Source: Octopus sinensis | Taxonomy: Eukaryota | Length of the DNA stretch: 40,410 bases | Direction of reading: 5' to 3' | NCBI RefSeq assembly: GCF_006345805.1 | Contig: NW_021835375.1 | Span: 1 to 40,410, forward strand | Shown: positions 23,765 to 36,588 of the stretch, piece by piece | How positions within the stretch are numbered: position 1 is the first letter of the stretch | How the letters are laid out: each line of letters starts with the position of its first letter | The notes under the pieces: model-generated | What the model was told of the DNA's origin: nothing | The model's database searches: none | Seen by the model: only the letters and a program-made list of their open reading frames with translations | Position numbers and translations under genes: made by a program

Positions 23765-24285
23765 TACATGCTTCTCAACCACGTGTTCCGGGATCAGTTC
23801 CACTGCATGACACGTTGGGCGTGTTTCTTCAACTATAACCTCGGGCCCACCAAAGTCTTGTGAGTGGATTTGGTTGATGGAAACCGAACGAAGCCATCGT
23901 ATATGTCTATGTGTATGTGTCTTTGTGGATATCCCCTCATCACTGTTCACACTGCTCTTGTCAGAATACCTTCCGTGGACCGTGCCTCTGCTCTTTCTCC
24001 TCGTACCTGTCCGCCGTAGCCCGTCTCCCGTTTTCTCTCACCTCCACCCCCCACCCTGCTCCTCCAACGGACCATATACGAAGAGAAGATGTCCCCATCT
24101 CTTCTTGACAACCGAGGTTGTTGTCTTTATGTCTCTGTAATCTAGCAGTTCGGAAAAAAGGACCGATACAATAAGCACTAAGCTTTAAAAATGTCCTGGG
24201 ATAGATTGGTTCGACTAAAACCTTTCAAGTCGATGCTTCAGCATGGTCACAGACAAATGAATGAAACAAGTAAAAGAATAAAAAA
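23765..24285 (+). mobile_element. SINE containing an inserted PLE fragment (23921-24081)
   Basis: Head/core at 23765-23900, tail resumes near 24090; the insert matches 25160-25352. Confidence 0.7.
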
Positions 24286-24508
24286 TGTGTATATACACAC
24301 ACATAAAGTTATGCAAACCGGTTTTGTATTTTAACGAGGAACAACACAAGCATCTATTGTATGTTTATCTGATAGTGTCTGGATGAAGTCCTCTAAATAT
24401 GATCAAGACTTGCTTGTTCATGTTTTCATAAATCCATATTTGATTCACCAATTCCAAGCATGCTGGTCCATTGTTACTCACAAGTAGCTATACATTCTGA
24501 ACTTTATG

Positions 24509-24564
<56 letters not shown>

Positions 24565-24719
24565 ATGTATATGTGTATCAATGCATGTATGTATCCATTT
24601 ATGAATCCATTCATGTATCTTTCCATATAAATACGCACACACACACACACACATACACACACACATATATATATATATATTTATCTATCTATCTATATTT
24701 ATATATATTTATTTATATG

Positions 24720-25375
24720 GGAGGGGTAACGAGAATGATCCCCAACTATGCGAACCTGTTCGTTTGCTACATTCAGGCCCTAGTATTTTCATGATTCACT
24801 GGTCCCACTCCCGAACTATACGGTCGTTATATTAATGACTGTATTGGTGCGACCTCACTCTCCCGAGAACAACTAGATTCCTTCCTCTCTTTTGTCTAAT
24901 CCTTCCATCCTGCCCTCGAATTCTCCAGCCCCATTTCCAACACGTCTGTCGCCATCCTTGACATTTCGGTCAACATACACAACTCCGCTCTCACTACTTC
25001 CATCCACTACAAACACACTTACTCACACTCACACTTCCCCCCACCCCACCCACATCAAGCTCTCCATCCCCTAATCCCTACTTCTCCGTCTGCGCAGGCT
25101 CTGGCGATGACAGCCAGGACTTTGAGACTCAGTCTCAATTCATGGCTCGCCACTTCATCCTTCGTGGATATCCTCTCATCTCTGTTCGCACTGCCCTTGT
25201 CAGAATACCTTCCGTGGACCGTGCCTCTGCTCTTTCTCCTCGCACCTGTCCGCCGTAGCCGTCTCCCGTTTCCCCTCACCTCCAACCTCACCCCTGCCCC
25301 CCCCTGCCCCCCCCTGCCACCCCCCTACCCCCACCAACACACCATTTTCCGAACCTTACGGCAACTCCAGTCCGA
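24720..25375 (+). mobile_element. PLE RT fragment, second PLE family
   Basis: GVTRMIPNYANLFV...GPTPELYGRYINDCIGAT...SFHPALEF...LRLRRL...RGYP: PLE RT palm/thumb with stops and frameshifts. Confidence 0.8.
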
Positions 25376-26390
25376 TCCCTCACTTTTCTTATTCTTAATA
25401 GCTTTAAACCAGTCTACGACTTCTATACTATTGGACCATTGTACTAGCCTAGTATCGGTCTTAATTTTCGTATTTATTTTATGTAAAATTTCTTACTAAT
25501 AATCCCAAGTTCTGACTTGGCTGGGTTGATAAGCCTACATTTAGGGTTGGAAAGGAAGTTTTCTTGTGATCTTTAATAGTAATAAAGGCCTCTTTTTGGG
25601 GAAGGGCTTCTATTTTTTTTATCTAATTTAAGTTTAGCGGCGATGACGCTAGCTTCTTTATTAATTTCGTTATATGTCTGTGCCCTAGCCTTAGTATAAT
25701 TATTAATGATGCTGTGTGTAAGAGTTGTGTGTATTTGCTGTTATCTACCAGGTATAAGTTTTGGTTTTATCCGAAAAAAGTGCTTTTTTCTTGGAGCTTT
25801 TTATATGTTTAATATCTTTTTCAATTTATGTTGGAAATCGTTAAAAGACTTACGAAATTTTATTTTGCTCATAATTTTCAGCAGGTCCGCTTCGAAATCT
25901 TCCAAGCCTTTAATCCTGGGAGGGAATTTTTTGGATTTTATTCGATAGAAAATGTTTTCCTTGGTGTCCGCTTCTGTTCAAAAAAGAAAGCCTTCCATCT
26001 CATACGCTTAATTACATCAGTAATTGTCTGTAGAAGTTTCTTAGAGTAAAATTCCTTTGATGGGATCGGTATATTTTTCATAGAATAATTTATGTGATAT
26101 GCATCCATATTAAATTCTTCTGTGTGTGAGAGTCCTCAACCAATGTTAGGCGATAATCCATCTATCATTGGGTTTCCTATAAGGCTTATAAATATTCTTA
26201 AGATCTAAGGAAACGTCTAAGAAATTGACAACCGTCAGGTCAGTATCTATAGTTATACTAAGTCCGAAGTATTTCATTAACTGGATAATATCCTTCCTAA
26301 AACGATCTTGTGCTGGTCCATTTGTATTAGATGTTAAGGCGAGAGCATCATCTTTGTAGATGGCGAAATGTACGTTAGGAATGTCTTACC
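25376..26390 (-). mobile_element. PLE fragments, third family (YRDD/YKDD type)
   Basis: 26385-26160: AIYKDDAL...GPAQDRFRKDII...VVNFLDVSLDL..YKPYRKPND. From ATG 26108: MDAYHINYSMKNIPIPSK...KRMRWKAFFF...EAFITIKDHK...QWSNS. Confidence 0.8.
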
Positions 26391-26395
26391 TAAGG

Positions 26396-26429
<34 letters not shown>

Positions 26430-26929
26430 ATATATGTATGTATGTATATGTATGTATGAGTATGATGTATGTATATGTATTAGTATGTATATGTATGTAT
26501 ATGTATATATATATATGTATATGTAGGTAGGCACCTATGTCTCTATGTATCCCTGTGTGTAAATTCTCCAGTAGCAGTTGTATTTAACTTTGAACAAAAT
26601 CAGTCCTGAGGTCGATAGTGACGCTCTGGTTTATGAGTTCCAAAATGTTGAACAATGTGGAACAGCCTCTTAACCACTACTGTTCCCAGGTTTTCTCTGA
26701 CCCAGAATGATATCACTTTCCAGGTTCCCATCTCTCTCTCGTTCTCTCTCTCGCTCTCTCTCTCACTATATATATATATATAATTGTCACAAAATTTGAC
26801 TAAAGGTGTTAGGACACCTACATTTCTAGAAATGAGAGCTAAAACGTTCGAATGCTGTTGTTAAAGCACATCATTTTATGCATGTGTACTGACACGGGCT
26901 GTAATCGCCCGAAAACACCATCGAGAATT

Positions 26930-26980
26930 CCTTATACTGATCGATCAGCTTCGACTATTTTCGTAACCTCATCAGTAAGG
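26930..26980 (-). ncRNA. type I hammerhead ribozyme motif (one core deviation)
   Basis: CCTTA-CTGATGA-GGTTA(cgaaaa)TAGTC-GAAG-CTGATCGATCAG-TA-TAAGG: 5-bp stem I, wobble-containing stem II, palindromic stem III; G instead of A at position 15.1. Confidence 0.65.
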
Positions 26981-27361
26981 ACCGCTTGATTCGGCTGATT
27001 CCGGACTTAATTCTCTATCAGTATGGAGTAATTCTCTATCAGCATTAGAGATCTTTTTTAGCTTTTATGTATATTAATGTAGGTCTTCTAATACCCTTAT
27101 TCACATTTAGTGACGTTTATAGTTTTCCTTTTCGTAACACATTGCGCACGGCCGTCCATATTAATGTTTTTTTCATAAACATTAGCGATTCGCTGAATCA
27201 TCCATAGATTTTTATGGTGAATGCATATACGTCTTGCATATACATGTCAGTAATAAAGTAAATATATGTATATAAACAGAACTGGTGAACTTGAACAAGC
27301 AAATACGGTTGTAACGTCTAGTTTGAAAATATTATCATTCATGTAATACATACAAACATAT

Positions 27362-27819
<458 letters not shown>

Positions 27820-28459
27820 CTGTCTGTCTAACTACCCATCTATTCATCCTATATTAAATCTCCAAAAAATCACAAAAGACTGCTCTTTTTTGTGATATTT
27901 TTTGTGATGCTTTTGTAACTTTAATAATAAAGCATATTACTCTACATCCGGTATTCGAGTACTATTTCTTCCCTCCTTATTTGACATTCATGTGTTTACT
28001 CTTATATATATATGAAACGTCCAATTTTGAATGCTTGCATGCATCAGACATATGTCATTCCTGTCGCCAACCTTCAACTGTTTCCAAGTAAGTTAGGTAA
28101 TATTTTACCGTACCCAGAAACCACTACGTTAAACGAAAAACACTTCTTGCATGACAGTGACACTCGTTTACAAACTACTGTCCGAAGTCCATGCAAGGAA
28201 ATAGTAAAAAACAAAGAAACAAACAAAAAACAACAAAGAAACAAACACATACACAACAAGTTGATCATTGACCTAACCATGATGCTCTGGTGATTTCATG
28301 AGCTAGATTTCTTTATTTTCATTCATTTGTGGATATACAATTGTATAATGCCAAAATTATACATTAATGCAGGCATATAAGTATAATTTCTTCCACACTG
28401 AAACTAAAGCTACATGAAGGAAGTAAGGAAATGCCATAATTCTAAGGATGTGATGTGGT

Positions 28460-28510
<51 letters not shown>

Positions 28511-28892
28511 CATACATATTCATCTCATCATATCTCCTGATTTTTTTATAGTTGTAAGGGCATTTGTATTTATATATGAATACTAAAATTATAATTTGTT
28601 TATCCGCATAATTGCTTCTATATGTATTTAAATGTATATATACATACATATATGTATATATATATGTGTGTATATAGTTGTAAAATCCGCATCAAGTTTC
28701 ATGTCGTAACTCGCCCGAATATTACGTGCGACTTCAAATGAAACTTAAAGACTGACTCCACCATGATAATACATATATCTGCGTGTGTATGTATGTACGT
28801 ATATATATATTTATATATATGTAAATAAAGATATATATGTGTGCTCGTGCGATGTATTATAAATATACATACATATATCTATCTATCTCTGT

Positions 28893-28958
<66 letters not shown>

Positions 28959-28982
28959 TATATATATATATATACTCATATA

Positions 28983-30263
28983 TATTGGGTGGCAAGAAAA
29001 TATCTTGTTTCTCGCAAATAGAGTTACGATTCTTTTGATTGACTTATTCAATGTTATGATTTTTTTTCCTTTTTGACATGTGATAGCCGATAGTTTTAGC
29101 TTACTTTAGAAGCAAATTGCGCGTTATTTTGTTTACAGCTGTTAGTTCAGTGTCAATTTTAACATGGAGAGCAAAAACGAATAATTTCGCCATATTTTCC
29201 CTATTTATTTCCGTAGAGACACGAAAACTGATGAAACTCACAAAAAGATGTGTGAAGTTTATGGTGCTGATTGTTTAACAGAACGCACATGTCAGAAAGA
29301 GTTTAAAAATTCCGTTCTGGAGATTTTTTACCTCAAAGATGACCAACGTTCTGGTCAACCTATTGAAGTTGATGATGACCGAATCAAAGCAAGAATTGAA
29401 TCTGATTGACATGTAATAGTGCGAGAGATTTCAGAGAGGTTAAATGTATCACACACAAAGATTGAAAAATCACTTAAAATATGTTGAACTCGTTAAGAAT
29501 CTCGATATTTAGGTTCCACATAAATTGAAAGAGATTCACTTAACACCACAAATCAATATTCGCGATGTGCATATCAAACGCACTGAAATCGACCATTTTT
29601 TTAAACGAATCATCACTGGTGATGAAAAATGGAATTGTCTACAATAACATCAATCGAAAACAATCATGTTCCAAGTGTAATGAACCATCACAAACCACAT
29701 CGAAAGCTGAACTGAACCATTAAATGGTCATGCTGTCAATATTTGGTAGGATTACAAAGGTGTTATGTATTTCGAGCTGCTTCCAAAGAACCAAACAAGC
29801 AATTCAGATGTTTACTGCCAACAACTAATGAAACTGGAGGAAGTAATCAAAGAAAAACGGCCAGAATTAGCAAATCATAAAGGAATCGTGTTCCACCATG
29901 ACAACGCTAGGTCACACACGTTTTTGGTAACTTGTGAAAAATTATTGGATCTTGGTTGGGAAAGAATGTCACACCCACCAGGTAGCCCTGGCCTTGAACT
30001 ATCAGATTACCATCTATTTCGATGTTTGCAAAAGTCTTTCAATTGTAAAACTTTCAATAATGATGATGACCTGAAATCGCACTTGCTTCAGTTTTTGGTT
30101 AAGGACCAAATGTTCTATGAGCGAGGAATCATGAAGTTACCCGAAAAATGTCAAAAGGTAATCAAAGAAAATGGAAAATTTATGATTGATTAAAGTTCAG
30201 TCTTCTTTGAAAAGAAAAATGACTTTTATTTTCACCGAAACTACTTTCTTGCCAAACCCAATA
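28983..30263 (+). mobile_element. full-length decayed mariner (DD34D), about 1.28 kb
   Basis: TIRs TATTGGGTGGCAAGAAA / TTTCTTGCCAAACCCAATA in TA context; RIITGDEKW, FHHDNAR, SPGLELSDYHLFR; stops and frameshifts in the N-terminal half. Confidence 0.9.
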
Positions 30264-30284
30264 TATATATATATTAATATATAT

Positions 30285-30316
<32 letters not shown>

Positions 30317-30429
30317 AGAACACACTTTCATGCATGTACACAGACGCACACCGCATGTATATATATGTATATTATATATATACATGCGTATAAAACGATT
30401 TTACTTGACGAAACCGGTCTACGATTAAT

Positions 30430-30689
30430 TCTGTATTTGTATATTTTCATCTGTCTTACCGCTTTTGTTCTGATGTTTGCTGAATTTCTCTAGAGAACAT
30501 TCTTTTCTTTGTGGTTAGATCGTAGGTGATCTTCTTCTAGTATATTGGATGTCCACTTAGTGGCTATCCCTTTTATACGCATGTATTACAATTTTTCTGA
30601 ATGTTCAGATTTTTATTTATGCTAGGCTCCTGGTTTTAAATTGATGTTAATGAAATTAATATTCAATTTATCACCCTCATTATATATAC

Positions 30690-30724
<35 letters not shown>

Positions 30725-31810
30725 TGTGTGTGTGATGCATTTATAACTAGCATTCTTTGTTTTCCCTTAACGACAGAAAGTATCTATTCCTATCTCCCAC
30801 TCCTAAATATTTGACTTCGTTCTTCTCTTACTCCTTGACTTTATTTCTTCATACATTTGTTTATTTTTAAATTCTATTCTTTCAGATTTACCATTAATCA
30901 CATTCTTTGTCATGCAGTTGTTAAACTTGCTTTCATTTTTATGTGCAGTTACATATTATATTATCTTTTCCGGTTCTGTAAGCGGAGTTATTACTGGTAG
31001 TCAGATTTGCTCTTCTTGTAACAATGTTTTCATTTTCCTTAGATATGGATTTCACCGCCTATTGTATGGCGCTGTTTGGACTAGTTTTTGTTATGGATGA
31101 GCTTTTATCATTTCGTCGTTGTTTGTTTTGTTTTGATCTGTGGCTTTTTTTCGTAAGCCCTCTCTAGCTTTGTCCTACTGTTATTTCATTTGTTTACATA
31201 GAATTCTAGACTGTGAGAAGTCGCATAAGCTAATTTCACAATATGCTCGTCGATGATTTTGTAATATTTGGAACGATTGGGGATACTTCGATATTTGGAT
31301 CTCCAAAAAGAATTCCTGGCCTATTTTGAATTTTATTTGTGAATTAAAAAATGAGTTAAACCAATTACTTTCATCACTTCTTATACTATTTCATTTGATA
31401 TATTTGTTGGGTTTCTTACTGTATTTAGTTTTATTTGTTTCTACTATCTGTTTATTATTACTATCTACGTCTATCGGCCCCTTTCTTTCTACCCTTGCCT
31501 GTTGCTTCTGGATCCTGTCTTATATATATCCTTCTTAGTGTTGTGGCTCCTATTTTCCATTTTGGTCCCTAATACATTTACTGTCTTTTCTTTTAGGGTC
31601 TGGTATTTTGTGGTTATTCACAGGATTATCTCTAATATTTATAACGCTCTCTGCATATTGAGCCTTCTATGTCCTATTGTGTACTTATACTATTCTATTT
31701 TTGTATCCTGCCCAAGCTAGTGGTGAACTGTAATATTCGGTGTGCATGTTGAATAGCTGTTCGTCCGCGGATAATCTGGAATAGTCTAGATATTCTGTTA
31801 GTCACACTTC
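30430..31810 (-). mobile_element. probable very old non-LTR retrotransposon remnants
   Basis: Purine-rich minus strand with patchy coding-like stretches (e.g. KIQKQQARVERKGPID). No diagnostic motif intact. Confidence 0.25.
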
Positions 31811-31854
31811 ACGGAATACTTCGAGAATTGTGTCTAACACATATACATATGCAC

Positions 31855-31913
<59 letters not shown>

Positions 31914-32049
31914 CGGTATATATATATGAATAGAGAGAGAGAGAGAGAAATGTTCATAAAAGTTTATGAATATATGTTCATACATAGAAATAAAAGTCGC
32001 AGTACACACACATACACGTGTGTGTGTGCGTGAGTGTGATTTTGTACCT

Positions 32050-32560
32050 TTAAGTATGTCCTTCTGTGTCAGATAATTTCTGGGTGGTTGGGTTTCACAT
32101 TACCACTCCGGTATGTGCTCTTACCCTGGTTGTTGACTCATCTGGTGTATGAGATAGTTTGGCACTGCTGCCCTCATCTGTACTTCACGCCGTACCCTCG
32201 AATCATCAAGTACTGTGGAGAGGAGAATGAATGGTTCTTTGTGAAGACATCTATATCCACATTGTGTAGGTTTCTTAATTTTAGTGTTAAGATGTGGGTC
32301 TTTGAACCCTAAGCTATTGCAGTATCTGGTCTTGAATTTAGATGTAGTGGACAGTACAACAACATAATGGATATAATATGTAGATTATTGCATTTCAATC
32401 ACGTCATTGCTCCAGGGTGTCAAGTCGTAGTCTTGTCAGCCTCTCATTGCAGCGCATTTTCTGCACCCTTACAATATTTTTAGTGTTGTGACGTTGGGCT
32501 TCTTCAGGCTCCGTTGTTAGTTTGGCACAATGTGGAGAAGATAGAGTACATATGCATGTA
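32050..32560 (-). mobile_element. CR1-like LINE 3' fragment
   Basis: EEAQRHNTKNI...NERLTRLRLDTLEQ*R; TRYCNSLGF...LRNLHNVDIDVF...EVQMRAAV. Confidence 0.7.
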
Positions 32561-32576
32561 TATATGTATGTATATA

Positions 32577-32883
32577 GGAGGCGCAATGACCAGTGGTTAG
32601 GACAGCGGACTCGCGGTCATGGGATCGCAGTTTCGATTCCCAGACCGGGCGTTGTGTGTGTTTATTGAGCGAAAACACCTAAAAGGCCCATGAGGCTCCG
32701 GCAGGGGGTGGCGACAATTCCTGCTGTACTCTTTCACCACTCTTTCTCTCACTCTTTCTTCTGTTGGCCTGGTCGCTTAGCCAGCGGATGGCGTCGTTTG
32801 AAAGCTAAAACAATGCGAACGCATTGTGACCAGCGATGTGTAGCAACAACTGATAGTCTGGTCCGTCACGTGATCACGTGATA
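32577..32883 (+). mobile_element. tRNA-derived SINE, third family, RTE-like 3' tail
   Basis: GGAGGCGCAATGACCAGTGGTTAGG head, GTTTCGATTCCC B-box, tail CATTGTGACCAGCGATGTGTAGCAAC...GTCACGTGATA. Second copy at 35083; tail alone at 35560. The RTE origin of the tail is recalled, not shown here. Confidence 0.8.
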
Positions 32884-33364
32884 TGTATGTATATATGTAT
32901 GTATGCATGTACGTACGTATGTGCGCATGTGTGTTTTGTTGCATCAAGAGAGAGTCATTAAGCTAATATTAATAACAAACGCACTGATTCAATTCCGCTT
33001 CATTATTATTAGTAAATTGGTTAAATATCCAACAAAGCTATCGATTGTTTGTTTAAACAATAAGTTGTTTTTTTATTTTATTTTTTGTCAAAGCTATTTG
33101 CAATTTTTTCAGTGACTTTTCTTTTTGTCTATTATGGAGGCCTCGTTTATCTGTCTGAGAGATTGTTGCGTGTGTATTAGTGCGTGCCAGCGTGTGCATG
33201 TGCTTGCGTATTCACATATGTATGTCGATATTCTTCTGCGTGTGTATTCCTGTGACTGGCAAACACACACGTGCGCGCATTAAGATCTCAGACAGTCAAA
33301 CGAACTAAGAGAAACGTCACTGAAATGGCTGCAAATAGCAGCGAGAGCTTTGACAAAGGAAAAA

Positions 33365-33850
33365 CGGCCACTTAGGCATCGTGGTAGGATATTGAAGCGC
33401 TGTGGGCCTCTGAAACCCAACCTGTGGCAGTATGTGGCCCCGTATCCTGATGGCAATGTTGGGACTTTTGGTGTTACGCAGTAGTGCCCTGTTCTGCTGT
33501 TTGTGTAACTTTCAAGACCAAAGTTTGGTACAACTACGATTTTCAAGGTGTATATCGTTGCATACCTTCCTGGCTTATTTTTTCTCCGGGCAAAAGTGTT
33601 TTAACTTTTTCAGTAGCAATCATGTATTGAGACGCTTTACTTTACAAAGCTTCACTGAATTAATTCAAGATACATCGTTAATTTTAGATCATGTGGTAAC
33701 CATTATTGGGAGCATATCTAAACGGCCAAGGACAAATGTACTCCAGTGGATCATCATGGCTTTCTGTTCCTTCGCTGAGCAATTTCTAAGGATCCATCCG
33801 GCCAATCGTCCTGCATTATATTGCCATCATCTTAGTAATACGACATGGAA
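33365..33850 (-). mobile_element. CR1-like LINE RT C-terminal fragment
   Basis: QKAMMIHWSTFVLGRLD...VPNFGLESYTNSRTG...YCHRLGFRGPQRFNILPRCL. ORF 33432..33935(+) is its antisense frame. Confidence 0.75.
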
Positions 33851-33884
33851 AACTGTATCATTACTCATATCAATGCCAGTATAT

Positions 33885-33900
33885 GTATATACGTATATAT

Positions 33901-33934
<34 letters not shown>

Positions 33935-33937
33935 ATA

Positions 33938-33972
<35 letters not shown>

Positions 33973-34212
33973 CCATATGTATATATATATACATGTGTAT
34001 ATACATATACATACAGATTTACATATATGCACATGTATATACACATGTATATATATATGTATATATTCATATACACGTGTATATATACCATATATATATA
34101 TATAAATGTGTATATATATATATGTATATATATGTATGTAGTTATCTGTATATATATTAGTATATATGTATGTATATATGTATATATATACATATATATA
34201 TATATATGTATG

Positions 34213-34246
<34 letters not shown>

Positions 34247-34392
34247 CATATATATACATATATATATATACATAACTAATATATACATATATATATATAT
34301 ATATACATACATATTATATAATATATATATATATATACATACATAATATATATATACATATATATATATATATAATAGATATAACATACATA

Positions 34393-34490
<98 letters not shown>
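33885..34490. repeat. long (TA)n/(TACA)n low-complexity tract
   Basis: Seen directly. Confidence 0.95.
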
Positions 34491-34491
<1 letters not shown>

Positions 34492-34494
34492 CCT

Positions 34495-35045
34495 GTTGGG
34501 TAAAATCTAAGCAAACATCTTCAAACAATGGAGAATTTGTACCGATTTTTGCAGTTTTGCATTTAAAAAAAAATTTTTCTTTTTTTTTGCAGTTGTCAGA
34601 TAATACATACATAGATTTTCCCAAATGCATCGATAAATTAACATTGATATTTTTGTCACCGCCGTTACAATCATCTGAAATGGAAACTGTCAAAGTGCGA
34701 CATTTGAGCAATTTTGCTATTCAGCTTCTAGAAAGGACATGAAGTAGGTGAAACTACTTGTGATATCAATGAAATGTTTGGTGCGGAAATGACTAGGGAG
34801 TGGTCAGCTCGAGAACTTAGAAAACTACTCGAGAACTGGTAAAAGAACTTAAAAGTTAGCCAAAAGAACTCCCTGCAACAATTTGTATGCAATAAGAAAA
34901 TCAAAAAGGCTCGACAAATTGTTACCACACGATTTCAATGAAAATCATAAAATGCGCATACGTGAAATTTGCTCGTTGCTGCGTCTCCGTAACCAGACCG
35001 ATCCATTTCTCGACCGTATCGTAACTTGCGATGAAAAGCAGATTT
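34495..35045 (+). mobile_element. mariner 5' fragment, same family as 3525-4445
   Basis: LLPHDFNENHK...QTDPFLDRIVTCDEKQI; nucleotide similarity to the reverse complement of 4150-4380. Confidence 0.8.
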
Positions 35046-35082
35046 TGTGTGTGTATGTGTGTGTGTGTGTGTTTGTATGTGT

Positions 35083-35393
35083 GGAGGCGCAATGGCCCAG
35101 TGGTTAGGGCAGCGGACTCGCGGTCGTAGGATCGCGGTTTCGATTCCCAGACCGGGTGTTGTGAGTGTTTATTGAGCGAAAACGCCTAAAGCTCCACGAG
35201 GCTCCTGCAGGGCGTGGTGGTGATACCTGCTGTACTATTTCGCCGCAACTTTCTCTCACTCTTTCTTCTGTTGGCCTGCTCGCTTAACCAGCGGGTTGGC
35301 GTCATTTGAAGGCTAAAACATGCGAAGCGCATTGTGACCAGTGATATGTAGCAACATCCGATAGCCTGGTCGGTCACCATGATCACGGTGATA
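35083..35393 (+). mobile_element. SINE, same family as 32577-32883
   Basis: GGAGGCGCAATGGCCCAGTGGTTAGGGCAGCGGACTCG...GGTTTCGATTCCCAGACCGG; same tail. Confidence 0.85.
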
Positions 35394-35396
35394 TAT

Positions 35397-35438
<42 letters not shown>

Positions 35439-35559
35439 ATATGAAAATCTATTCAAGATGTTGCTTTTAGTGAGTAGTAAGTGACAAATTGTAAAATATA
35501 TAATCTGCGTGTAGCTAAGAGGGGTTAAATGTTGTTCCCAAAGATCTGATTTTCCGTAG

Positions 35560-35625
35560 ATTTTCCGAAGCGCTATGACCAGCGATGTGTAGCAACGTCT
35601 GATGACCTGGTCGGTTACGGTGATA
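35560..35625 (+). mobile_element. isolated 3' tail shared with the preceding SINE family
   Basis: TGACCAGCGATGTGTAGCAACGTCTGATGACCTGGTCGGTTACGGTGATA. Confidence 0.6.
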
Positions 35626-36454
35626 TATATATATATATATAAGGTACACACACTTATATACACACACTCTCACCACACATACACACACCTACACACACAT
35701 ACAACATATATATATGGATATATCTGGACACACACACACATATATATTATATATATATATATAATATATATATATATATATAATATATATATATATATAT
35801 TATATAATATATATATATATATATATTATATCCTTGGACCACGCTACATGTCTTAATTTGAGAACTGAACTTCTTGGATTATATCCACGTATGACAAAAT
35901 ACTTGTTACAGTTTTGGCCACCCATGAACACGGATAGAATCTGCATTTTATAATGTTCGTGCACAAGCCTTCCATGTCTTAACATTTTATGTGTTATATA
36001 TATAGTTTTTCGTTTTCAATGGTTAAGATTGAGTACGTGTGTGAGTATATGATATGAATGTATATGAGTGTAAGACCGTGTCCGGTGCATAAGTACGAGA
36101 TTCATGCACACGTCCCCATCTTTTATACGCTTAACGTATATGCTTGTATATCTACAGTTGATAGGAGGATGTATATGTATACATCCTCCTATCACACGCT
36201 TTGCACTGGACACAGTCTTACACTCATATACATTCATATACATATACTCACACAAGTATACATATAAGTATGCTCACACGAGGGCGCTACATCATTTGAG
36301 TTATGCGGAAAATATTCCATCAATATTGCACAAATTATGTTGGCATCAATTTTAAAATCCATCCAAGACTTAGCTCTCGTGTTATCCACCCACTACAAAA
36401 GTCGAACTCGGTACACAAGGCAACATTACGTCACAAGTACTGTACCTCAGCCAC

Positions 36455-36525
36455 GGCCATATGGCGTAGTGGTTAAGCGCGCAGGCTACTAACCACAAGA
36501 TTCCGAGTTCGATTCCTGGCAGAGA

Positions 36526-36588
<63 letters not shown>

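Noticed and set aside
28045-28095. CAG...CCAA/GTAAGT as a 40-nt micro-exon
   Set aside because: Good donor but no polypyrimidine tract; unsupported without RNA data.
36455-36527. tRNA gene
   Set aside because: A and B boxes are present, but the acceptor stem does not close properly and the sequence continues into SINE body. The same applies to the other SINE heads.
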